From Macrostomum lignano (lineage: Eukaryota), in contig NIVC01001288.1 of NCBI GenBank assembly GCA_002269645.1, positions 1 through 64,000 on the forward strand: a DNA stretch of 64,000 bases. Reading direction: 5' to 3'. The notes under the pieces were generated by a model that saw nothing but the letters and a program-made list of their open reading frames with translations, did not search any database and was not told the origin of the DNA. The translations under genes and the position numbers were made by a program. Numbering within the stretch: the stretch's first letter is position 1; each line of letters begins with the position of its first letter. Positions 12,501 to 24,500 of this stretch are shown in pieces.

Positions 12501-15500
12501 CTGTTGTTTAATTTTAGAGAAAAAGTGATTCTTTCACTTTGCAAACATCTTTGTCCCTGACAATTTTACACGAAAAAGGTGATTTTTAAAAGTGAAGAAG
12601 GAATTGGTGTTTAAGAAAGTGTGCTTTTTTATTTTTTTCCATGAACTTTTTTTGCTCCTTTCTTATTGGGCGCCCCGAAGGGGGGCCGCACTAGATTGCT
12701 AGTTTTAACTACATCGCTATCAATCCGTCCCTGGACTTTGCCTCTCGACTTATGGACCAACAAACATGCACGTCAAATATTGATTAAATTTACACCCCAA
12801 AACTTCGTATTTATTTACTTCCGATCTCACTCGTTTCTTTCGCTCAAAATATACCTGAAGATGCACAGTATCGTGCGAAACGCGTCGTTAAATTAATTTA
12901 ATGTTGATTTTCGCTTTTCTATTCCATCTTACTTGCCAAGCGAGCAACTTTACCTAAGTATTCAAGAAATCTTAAAGCAGCGAAAAAGCGTACTGCCGAA
13001 TTACCTCTGTCCCATTTGCAATTATTTACTGGTTTTGAGTTATATGCAGTTAATGTACGAGTATAAGAGACAACATAGCTCGTATGCACAAAATAAAAAG
13101 ATACGACTCAGAAATGACTCAAATGCAAATAATGAACCGCACCTTAATTCGAGCCCCAACGTTAATCTTGCAGCTGCGGCTGGCTGTGACGAATGATAAA
13201 TAAATACTATCCCTAGCAGCCAGTCGCAGGCCCACTGTCTTGTTCAGGGCCAGCGAGATCGGCTGGAAAGGCGGAGCGTGGATGTGTGGAGCTTGTGCTG
13301 CAGGCTGGCCCGTTGAATGCCAGTGCCAGTGCCGCTTCTTGCTCCCCTGTTGGTCCAAGTCAAGCCCGTTGAACCGATCATAGTTTATCCTAAAACGTGG
13401 GATTTTGTTAATTAACCTTATGAGCAGCTGCTTCTCAGCTTTTTTTCGTGCAATGTAAATGTCCTTTAAATGTAAGATTTTCTGACGAGGATTGTAGCCA
13501 GAAACTTTGTACGATGGATTTAATCTGCATAAAAATGCAGGTCTTAGAATAATGTGGTTATGACCCAACTATTGGGTTATTCAAGGGGTCTTGCTGTTCG
13601 CGCCCTGCTCTAACTGTGACTTTACATGCGGGGTCGCGTATTTTGTTGTTGTTGTCGTTGTTGCTGTTAGTGTGTTGTTTGTATGTGTGTGTGTGTGTGT
13701 GTGTGTTCTGAAAGTTTTGTTGTTGTGGATCCTTGAATTAAATCACAATGCTGCTGTAGTCCGCACCGAATTCCTCCGTCCCTGAAGTAGGCGGTGCCTC
13801 GGCCAATGTTGTCAAACACGCCCAGCAGACGGGCTCGGTCTGGCGGCTTGTCGTCCAGCACGATGTGCAGCAGGTTGTTCGGGCGGTCCGCGGGACGAGA
13901 AATTAGGATAGCGAGTCGGCCAGATGGGTAGAATACATTCCCTGTACGATCTGCAAACATGGTCACAAACTTCTTCCCGTTGGGGTAGAACTTCTCCAGG
14001 AGATCTGTCGGTGTGCCCTGCGTTGGCGAGTTGGAGTGTGTATAAAGTGAAGATATGGTTTTTGATAGTGCTGGACGTGCAGACATGGAACTACGTACAT
14101 GTAATATTGTTGAAGCCGCAAGAGCTTCTGCTTGGCCCAGTTAAGTTTTGCAAGCTTGGTCTAAGTATATCATGGCTAAAGGAATAGAAAGGATCGCTCA
14201 TCTGAAAGCGAGTCTTTGGCCAAGTCTTCGTAAAAATTGGGGTATTCCCCCCATGAATTTCATTGGCTGCTGGAATTTAATAATAGTCCCCCTAAGAAGC
14301 TTGTACGCAAAGGAAATTCCAAAGTCACGATTAACGTAATTTAACTGTTTTCTTTCTCTGGACCACCACGGCTTAAGGGACAAAAATTAGCATTCACAAC
14401 GCGCAAGATTGGAGTAGGCTTGCAACGTCGAGTTGCCTCTGTGTACTGTTTCATTTACATGTTTGTTGCATGTCATATTTGCATGAACGTACCATTCTCA
14501 TAAAATATACAAAAATACACTATACTAATTAGGATTAAAACTCGAAGCTTGGTTTCATTGACAGCAATCAAACCCATGCTGTTGAATATGTTTGGAGTAC
14601 TGCAGCCAGCACATGACTCACTCTAGGAGTGATTCCCAGTCCAGCCGCCAGGTCTGTGATCTCGTCCATGTCAAAGTCGTAGATCTGCCATTCGCTGACG
14701 CCATCTCCTAGTGGGCTGGGGGCCCGTAGCGTCCAGCCTTCTTCCAGACATCGCATTGAGGACAGTGAATAGTTTATAGTGCGCATCTGGCGGCCCACTA
14801 AAATTAAAATTTTAATTTTCATACTTTTCATACTTACATTTTTTGAGAGCTTCATTCGACTAGTGTACGTAGTGCATTCATTCAGATCTTCATGTGCTGT
14901 CAGGGAGAAAAAACTTTATAAGTTTGTCCTGGCAATGGTCAGATAATGATACATGCAAAAAATTTGTTATATTAAATCAGGTGTCATTTGAGGATGGAGA
15001 ATTCATTGATTGAGTCAACAATACATGTTCTATCTAGATAGAAATTTTCGCTTCTCATTAGACGGCTTAAAATGGCTTTCCGAACAAGGCCTTCTCGAAA
15101 AGCAGTTCAAATTAGTTCTTGAAAACTTACAGAGTTGAAAAGTTTCTATCAATATTTAGGCTCAAGCAGCGTTAGGGTGTTTGTTAAGAAACATAACTAC
15201 AAAGGAGAGGAAATCGGGAGCTGCGAAGATACCAGGGTACCAGCATATACGGACAGGGGACAAATTTAAGTTCACATTTTTCGCACAGCGAACTCGCAGT
15301 CAGAACCAACTTGAAGTATATACTTCAAGGACTTAGCAACATTGAAAAGTCGCCACTCAATGCGCCAGTGAGCAATTTCTCCTGGGCTATTCTGAAATAA
15401 AAGGTACAAGAAAACTGAGGGGTAGCTTTAATCCGTCCAACCCTCGCACACCGCTCTCCCCACTTCATTCCGCAACTCAAGCTGCCGTGGCGTAGCTGAG

Positions 15501-18500
15501 TTGCGTCACTCTCAAAAATTGAGAGACTTTACCTGCACTCTCAAAAGTTGCGACCACAGACGGAATTTTCTGTGATGGCGACTTTTCGATGTTGTTGAGT
15601 GTCACTATTGATATGGCGGAAAAATCTGTGGCCTCTTAGCACTGGTGGAAACTTAAGTTTGTCCCTTAAATTCGTAGTCCGTACAAAAATGACGCTAATA
15701 ATTTCCGTACGCCAAATTAAAAGTATGGCTTTTCAAAATTGTATGAGCATCACTTGGGAAAGATCGAAGCAAAGGAGTAAAATTGGTGCAAAATTATAGG
15801 TCCCAGCGCAGAAATGTGCGATAATATATAGTAAAATCCGCGCCTTAGAGCAGACTAGCAGCAGGCAGATTCTCACTATTAAGAACTCACCCACTGCCTC
15901 TGTGTCAGCAAAAGCTTCAGGTTCTTCTACAATTTAGTTGGCCATGGTGGCGAGAGAATGGAAATAATAAACAGTGGGTAAAGCGGAGCGACGAACTGCA
16001 GTCAATCTGAAATAGAATGCCTATACACTGCTCCAGTTTTAAATGCACCAGCAATCTCAAAGTTACACTGCAGAAGTTAGGTTATATACATGTATTTTCA
16101 AGAAGACGCGCTGGTTAAAATAAATTGAATCAAACACAATGATTTTGCACAAGCAATCGAGCCATTGATTGATCAAGCAGGGCAATCAAGCGATAGAAGC
16201 ACCTTAAGCGGAGTTTTAATATACAAAAAAGTAGTGTTGTTTACAGTGTACGAGCTATTAGCCTAGGTAGACCACTCTCTACTTCACTCTGCCATCCCGT
16301 TACCCCTACGAGGGGCACTACGTACGAGACTTTGTTAGCGCGATCATTCTTGTTTAGAGCACAAAAATTCAACACAACTATTACGAGCAGAACCAGAGAA
16401 GAGAGAATCAGTTAAGGAAATTGCAACAAAGGAAGATTTCTTACTATCGGCTTCAACAGAGACTTGCTCTCGCTTCCTGGCTGTTAGTTAAAGGTTACGA
16501 GTAAAAATGCACGGTAAAAATTTGCATAAACTGTTGTCAGGGTTAATAAGCTATTAAGCTAAAGTTGGGGAATAAACTATGCTACATATATTTTAATGTA
16601 ATATTTACATTAGCTATATGTGAAAATATCATTTGAATATACAAGCTACAAGCAAGACAAAAGCAATGAAGACACCACATGATTCTTAGAATTTAATACT
16701 CCACGCTTTAATCAACGACTACTAAAAGTAACGGTGCTATACAACAGTAAAAAAGTACATCAGTAACTTCTATTTATCCTTGAAACCTTGACTTCAATGC
16801 TCCAGGATAAATCCAGCTCAATAGGGAGTAAATACACTAAATTTACGAAGTTAACTAGCTGCAGCTTTTGCAACTTATACAGCAGATTTAGATACCAAGC
16901 TACACAATAAAACTTTGGTGCTGGTTATCAAATGCGTTTACAGTGCGCTAAAATAGTAGATTCATGCATGTAAATAGAAGCGCACAACATCAAAGCAAGC
17001 AAGCATACGAGCTAAAAGTACCAGGAGTCCGGTTTAAATGAGGTGAGAATAAAGCCTAGACAACTTCTTTTGGTTCAATTAGATACTCACGATTGCTGAT
17101 GACGGCAGCGGAAAGAGCGTCGAGGTTCTGGCGCATCTTTGCTGATGAGAACTCGCCTTTCCAAAGCGAAGAGAAAAAATAAATTCAGACTGTGCGAACA
17201 GCGAATTTGTACCTGAGACTTTCTTTTCACCTTACCGAAATGTTTAATATATAACGCTTGTCTTGTGCATCAGCTGATACTGATGAAGCATTCATAAACG
17301 GATTTAAATCCCGAGTGCGAGTGGACTTCTGTATTCAAATTTTTGCAAGTCATTTCAACAGAATATTTTATTTCATAATATCTAAAAATGAACAGCACTA
17401 CTGATAAATTAGGCCTACAGCTAGATTTCGCCTCAAAAGATCCGAAACAAATGAAGTCGAGCTATTTCGGCTACTAAAATAAATTGAGGAACTAAAAGTA
17501 TTTAATTATTTAATTTAATTTAATTCTCTGCAAACATGTCCGAAATTCTCACCTTGAGCCGTTGCCTGGGCGGCCTCCGCAGCTCTGCGCTGCCTCTCCT
17601 GCTGCAACAGTTTGCGCCTGAAATAAGATTATACTGCTGCCTTACATTTACGCTCGTATGTGCCTTCTGCAGAACTGAATGCAGAACTGAACTGTCGACG
17701 ATTCTAACCAATTTCAGAAGTGATACGCTCGTAAATCTTTTCTGTTTTGCAAGTCCGTTTTATAAAGGGAACCGTTTCCGTAAGTATGCTGCATACAATA
17801 CAAGCTATGCAATCGAAGAAGCACACTTAAATAACAGCACCGTCTTTCGTTATCGTGTTCCATTCAAGACGCTTGGTTTAATTCTTCTTTGCATTTTGCT
17901 AATTTCAATTTCAGTGGCTGAAAATCTGAGTTCCATCTGACAGTTTCTACCAGAAACGCCTTGCGTTACATATCTAGAGCCAATTGAGGGTCTAAAATAA
18001 GTTTAAAAGGCTCTGTCGATTGTCCAAACCTTTTCTCCGCTTCCTCCCTCATACGCTCCCTCTCCTGCGCAGATTTTTTTCCTCGAGACCCGAAATGCGG
18101 GTGCGGCGCCACATCGATGAGCCCTGACTCTGTCTGCTGCTGCTGATGCAGAAGCCGAGTCTGCGGGCAGGAAGAGCGATGTGCTCATTGGAAACCAACT
18201 GCCATTTACTGGCTTAAATTTACTCTTAACTTTACAGATATCAGGCAGACAGACAGCAGACAGGTTAGACAGACACGATAGTTACAAAGCAGCACCTGGT
18301 ACTGCAGAGCGAACTCCAGCAGCTTGCGAAACTCGGCACAACAATAGAGCTGCTCAGGGCTGCGGCTGGCCTGGTCCTCGCGGCTGGGCAGCGCCTGGAT
18401 GGGCCGGCCGCAGAAGTCGCAGCTGTCGCCTTCCCTCATGCTTACGGCACCCAGATCCAAACTGAGGCCGGGAAACGCCTCTTCCACCGGGATCTGTGAC

Positions 18501-21500
18501 TCACGCAGATACTGTATTTGGTTCGTATATGGTAATAAATTAGCCTTTTGAAGTACAAGTTCAGCAATTACACGGTTTCTTTATTCGCAACAATACCTTT
18601 CCGGAGGGTGTTCACGCGCCCTCCTCGAGCGTTTACGTAGCTAGCTAGAGCGCAAAAAATGGTGTCAGAAGAGCCAAACTGAGTGTCAGGGAAGCCAAAA
18701 TGAGTGTCAATAGAGGCAAAGTGAGTGCTTGTAGAGAGCCAGGTGAGTGTCTGTCATGGAAGACAAAGTAGCCCGCGAGAGCATATAGATATAGATATAG
18801 ATATAGATATAGACATAGAGAAAAAGACGGTCACAAAATATTTTCCCAACCTGAGAATTTCTAGATTAACCGACTAGTAAAGCCTAATTTTCCGAGCCAA
18901 TTTATAATGACCCCTATCTACATTTTAGTGATGAAACCTGAAAATTAACTTAAAAAGGCCACGGTAAAACCAAAGCTACAATTACAGTAATAAAACCATT
19001 TGGTGTATAATTATAATTCGGGTGCGCTTAACAATACGAACGAACAGTACGACTGTAAGTAACAAGTAACAGAAAATTAGAAAGAAGTGCATTTAAATCT
19101 GACAGTGCGTCGCAAAATAATAGACAGACAGAAAGACAGATAAGCAGGAGTCATGGACTGTGCCAACACATCCTGTGTGCATGCAGACGAAACAGCTGAG
19201 TGACTCAGAAGACGTATTTATGTGTATATAAAATTAATAGTCTGCAGAAATAAAGAAACTTTACGAATTCGCTACCTCAGCGCAGCTGTAGGCATCGCAA
19301 AGCAGTTCTCTGTTGTTTAGAATGTTTACGAGGTAGTGAAAGAAAACGAAAATGCTCAAGATTAACTAGCCTATTTCATTTCAGTAGTAAATATTAGGCA
19401 AACTGAAAAAAGGAATAAAAAAGTCTGAAACTCCAAGACAGGGTTTTGAAGGCAGTTGTACATGTAGGACTTACACCCTGGAATAGTATTGAAGAAATTC
19501 TTGCTTTTCAGCTTATGTAATTTCGGGTATTATAAAAGATTTTTAATCAGAGGCAAAAGGGAGCGTGTGCACCCATAACGCACTTTAAGTGACATCGCCA
19601 CACAACCTGTGAGAGACTACTGCCCATTCCGCCGACTCCCGTGAGCAGGCGCGGATACGTACACAGTCATGCGCCCAGTTGCACACACCAAGGGCCAATG
19701 TATTCAATATTCGTGTAAATTTTAGGAGGTCGATTTCCTGGAAATATACACCTAGAAAAATCATTTTTTCATCACAAAATCAAAGATTGAATTTGATCTG
19801 GCGGCATTGAAGATTACCATTCCTTTAATTTAGCATAGAAAAAGCGTTACTCGGATGTGTTTTATATAGGTTAGAAGTTTCATTATATAGTTTTTTTTAT
19901 TTCATAAGGCCAAGCCAAAGTTTTAAACTCAGAAGTTAAACTGTTATTCGTTGTTCCTTGAATCAAGTACATTTGTAATAAAATGGTCCATGCAGGTTCT
20001 CTTAGCCTTAAGAAAGGCCTTGGCAATTTCTAAAGACTAGGTCAACAACAATATGAAAAAATTATATTGGTAAACTTTAAATTTCATGTTATTATTTAGA
20101 CAGGTCTAGGAATAGCTACTAGTATGCATTATTGGGAACTATAGCAACGATAATGGCTTAGAAACATGTATGCAACAATTTTATCACAAATATACTTTAT
20201 TCAAGAAGCACCAAAACAAAAATTTCGGCGAGAGCGCCGCCCGAAACCACTAGGCTACTCCCAGTCCCCCCCCATTATAAAAGATAAAAAAACGACTGAA
20301 GGTAAATCAGGAATGACTGCGTTCTTTAATTTACCTATTACACTCCTCAGTAGTCCAATGCAAGTACGCAGATTATTAAATTCGAGAAAAAACAATGAAT
20401 ATATAAAATATTCACACAACTGATGAGATTCGATCCTTGAACGCTTACCTGAAGAATCTGAGGTGGCCCCACAGAAGGAAGCAACCCATTATCAGCTGCC
20501 GGCTCTTCATCTGCCACTCCGACGGCCTCCGCTGTATCCACAGTTTCAAGGCCGGCATTTTTTGAGCTTCCAGAGTTTACTAAAGAGTCGCCTTTCACAT
20601 TGGTGTCGGATAGCTGCAGAGGTGGGTGGGAGTGACTGTTGCCTTTCACATTGGTGTCGGATAGCTGCAGAGGTGGGTGGGAGTGACTGTTGCCTTTCAC
20701 ATTGGTGTCGGATAGCTGCAGAGGTGGGTGGGAGTGACTGTTGCCTTTCACATTGGTGTCGGATAGTTGCAGAGGTGGGTGGGAGTGACTGACTGTTGCC
20801 TTTCACATTGGTGTCGGATAGCTGCAGAGGTGGGTGGGAGTGACTGTTGCCTTTCACATTGGTGTCGGATAGCTGCAGAGGTGGGTGGGAGTGACTGTTG
20901 CCTTTCACATTGGTGTCGGATAGTTGCAGAGGTGGGTGGGAGTGACTGACTGTTGCCTTTCACATTGGTGTCGGATAGTTGCAGAGGTGGGTGGGACTGA
21001 CTGTTGCCTTTCACATTGGTGTCGGATAGCTGCAGAGGTGGGTGGGAGTGACTGACTGTTGCCTTTCACATTGGTGTCGGATAGCTGCAGAGGTGGGTGG
21101 GAGTGACTGTTGCCTTTCACATTGGTGTCGGATAGCTGCAGAGGTGGGAGTGACTGACTGTTGCCTTTCACATTGGTGTCGGATAGCTGCAGAGGTGGGT
21201 GATAGTGACTGACTGTTGCCTTTCACATTGGTGTCGGATAGTTGCAGAGGTGGGTGGGACTGACTGTTGCCTTTCACATTGGTGTCGGATAGCTGCAGAG
21301 GTGGGAGTGACTGACTGTTGCCTTTCACATTGGTGTCGGATAGCTGCAGAGGTGGGTGGGAGTGACTGTTGCCTTTCACATTGGTGTCGGATAGCTGCAG
21401 AGGTGGGTGGGAGTGACTGTTGCCTTTCACATTGGTGTCGGATAGCTGCAGAGGTGGGTGGGAGTGACTGTTGCCTTTCACATTGGTGTCGGATAGCTGC

Positions 21501-24500
21501 AGAGGTGGGTGGGAGTGACTGTTGCCTTTCACATTGGTGTCGGATAGCTGCAGAGGTGGGTGGGAGTGACTGTTGCCTTTCACATTGGTGTCGGATAGCT
21601 GCAGAGGTGGGTGATAGTGACTGACTGTTGCCTTTCACATTGGTGTCGGATAGTTGCAGAGGTGGGTGGGACTGACTGTTGCCTTTCACATTGGTGTCGG
21701 ATAGCTGCAGAGGTGGGAGTGACTGACTGTTGCCTTTCACATTGGTGTCGGATAGCTGCAGAGGTGGGTGGGAGTGACTGTTGCCTTTCACATTGGTGTC
21801 GGATAGCTGCAGAGGTGGGTGGGAGTGACTGTTGCCTTTCACATTGGTGTCGGATAGCTGCAGAGGTGGGTGGGAGTGACTGTTGCCTTTCACATTGGTG
21901 TCGGATAGCTGCAGAGGTGGGTGGGAGTGACTGTTGCCTTTCACATTGGTGTCGGATAGCTGCAGAGGTGGGTGGGAGTGACTGTTGCCTTTCACATTGG
22001 TGTCGGATAGCTGCAGAGGTGGGTGATAGTGACTGACTGTTGCCTTTCACATTGGTGTCGGATAGTTGCAGAGGTGGGTGGGACTGACTGTTGCCTTTCA
22101 CATTGGTGTCGGATAGTTGCAGAGGTGGGTGTGAGTGACTGTTGCCTTTCACATTGGTGTCGGATAGCTGCAGAGGTGGGTGGGAGTGACTGTTGCCTTT
22201 CACATTGGTGTCGGATAGTTGCAGAGGTGGGTGGGAGTGACTGACTGTTGCCTTTCACATTGGTGTCGGATAGTTGCAGAGGTGGGTGGGAGTGACTGAC
22301 TGTTGCCTTTCACATTGGTGTCGGATAGCTGCAGAGGTGGGTGGGAGTGACTGTTGCCTTTCACATTGGTGTCGGATAGCTGCAGAGGTGGGTGGGAGTG
22401 ACTGTTGCCTTTCACATTGGTGTCGGATAGCTGCAGAGGTGGGTGATAGTGACTGACTGTTGCCTTTCACATTGGTGTCGGATAGTTGCAGAGGTGGGTG
22501 GGACTGACTGTTGCCTTTCACATTGGTGTCGGATAGCTGCAGAGGTGGGAGTGACTGACTGTTGCCTTTCACATTGGTGTCGGATAGCTGCAGAGGTGGG
22601 TGGGAGTGACTGTTGCCTTTCACATTGGTGTCGGATAGCTGCAGAGGTGGGTGGGAGTGACTGTTGCCTTTCACATTGGTGTCGGATAGCTGCAGAGGTG
22701 GGTGGGAGTGACTGTTGCCTTTCACATTGGTGTCGGATAGCTGCAGAGGTGGGTGGGAGTGACTGACTGTTGCCTTTCACATTGGTGTCGGATAGCTGCA
22801 GAGGTGGGTGGGAGTGACTGTTGCCTTTCACATTGGTGTCGGATAGCTGCAGAGGTGGGTGATAGTGACTGACTGTTGCCTTTCACATTGGTGTCGGATA
22901 GTTGCAGAGGTGGGTGGGACTGACTGTTGCCTTTCACATTGGTGTCGGATAGTTGCAGAGGTGGGTGTGAGTGACTGTTGCCTTTCACATTGGTGTCGGA
23001 TAGCTGCAGAGGTGGGTGGGAGTGACTGTTGCCTTTCACATTGGTGTCGGATAGTTGCAGAGGTGGGTGGGAGTGACTGACTGTTGCCTTTCACATTGGT
23101 GTCGGATAGTTGCAGAGGTGGGTGGGAGTGACTGACTGTTGCCTTTCACATTGGTGTCGGATAGCTGCAGAGGCGGGTGGGAGTGACTGACTGTTGCCTT
23201 TCACATTGGTGTCGGATAGTTGCAGAGGTGGGAGTGACTGACTGTTGCCTTTCACATTGGTGTCGGATAGCTGCAGAGGTGGGTGGGAGTGACTGTTGCC
23301 TTTCACATTGGTGTCGGATAGTTGCAGAGGCGGGTGGGAGTGACTGACTGTTGCCTTTCACATTGGTGTCGGATAGTTGCAGAGGTGGGAGTGACTGACT
23401 GTTGCCTTTCACATTGGTGTCGGATAGTTGCAGAGGTGGGTGGGAGTGACTGACTGTTGCCTTTCACATTGGTGTCGGATAGCTGCAGAGGTGGGTGGGA
23501 GTGACTGTTGCCTTTCACATTGGTGTCGGATAGCTGCAGAGGTGGGTGGGAGTGACTGTTGCCTTTCACATTGGTGTCGGATAGCTGCAGAGGTGGGTGG
23601 CAGTGACTGTTGCCTTTCACATTGGTGTCGGATAGTTGCAGAGGTGGGTGGGAGTGACTGTTGCCTTTCACATTGGTGTCGGATAGCTGCAGAGGTGGGT
23701 GGGAGTGACTGACTGTTGCCTTTCACATTGGTGTCGGATAGCTGCAGAGGTGGGTGGGAATGACTGTTGCCTTTCACATTGGTGTCGGATAGTTGCAGAG
23801 GCGGGTGGGAGTGACTGACTGTTGCCTTTCACATTGGTGTCGGATAGCTGCAGAGGTGGGTGGGAGTGACTGACTGTTGCCTTTCACATTGGTGTCGGAT
23901 AGCTGCAGAGGTGGGAGTGACTGACTGTTGCCTTTTACATTGGTGTCGGATAGCTGCAGAGGCGGGTGGGAGTGACTGACTGCTGCCTTTCACATTTGTG
24001 TTGGCTAGCTGCAGAGGTGGGTGGGAGTGACTGTTGCCTTTCACATTGGTGTCGGATAGCTGCAGAGGTGGGTGGGAGTGACTGTTGCCTTTCACATTGG
24101 TGTCGGATAGCTGCAGAGGTGGGTGATAGTGACTGACTGTTGCCTTTCACATTGGTGTCGGATAGTTGCAGAGGTGGGTGGGACTGACTGTTGCCTTTCA
24201 CATTGGTGTCGGATAGCTGCAGAGGTGGGAGTGACTGACTGTTGCCTTTCACATTGGTGTCGGATAGCTGCAGAGGTGGGTGGGAGTGACTGTTGCCTTT
24301 CACATTGGTGTCGGATAGCTGCAGAGGTGGGTGGGAGTGACTGTTGCCTTTCACATTGGTGTCGGATAGCTGCAGAGGTGGGTGGGAGTGACTGTTGCCT
24401 TTCACATTGGTGTCGGATAGCTGCAGAGGTGGGTGGGAGTGACTGACTGTTGCCTTTCACATTGGTGTCGGATAGCTGCAGAGGTGGGTGGGAGTGACTG

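Larger units (their letters stand above)
11286..12702 (+). mobile_element. Non-autonomous Helitron (element 2) carrying a 24-bp minisatellite
   Basis: 5' TCCATATACTAAAAATGGTCTGTC...ACGGCTCAACCGATTTT is a typical Helitron 5' end. 3' GCCCCGAAGGGGGGC hairpin ...GCTAG|T at 12702/12703. Confidence 0.7.

Noticed and set aside
11939-12544. ALDKPRII / CNNPWFIK / LLHLINQG repeat ORFs
   Set aside because: Frames of a 24-bp minisatellite inside a Helitron; open in several frames on both strands.
17140-17170. CTGATGA...GAAA hammerhead-like string
   Set aside because: No proper helix II adjacent to the core or helix III/NUH site; it overlaps a coding exon and acceptor on the opposite strand.
17536-17940. 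134-aa plus-strand ORF
   Set aside because: Antisense to a small ERICH6-like exon plus intron; no recognisable motif.
18620-18820. Possible minus-strand Helitron starting at the (TCTATA)n tract
   Set aside because: No convincing hairpin-CTRR 3' end found.
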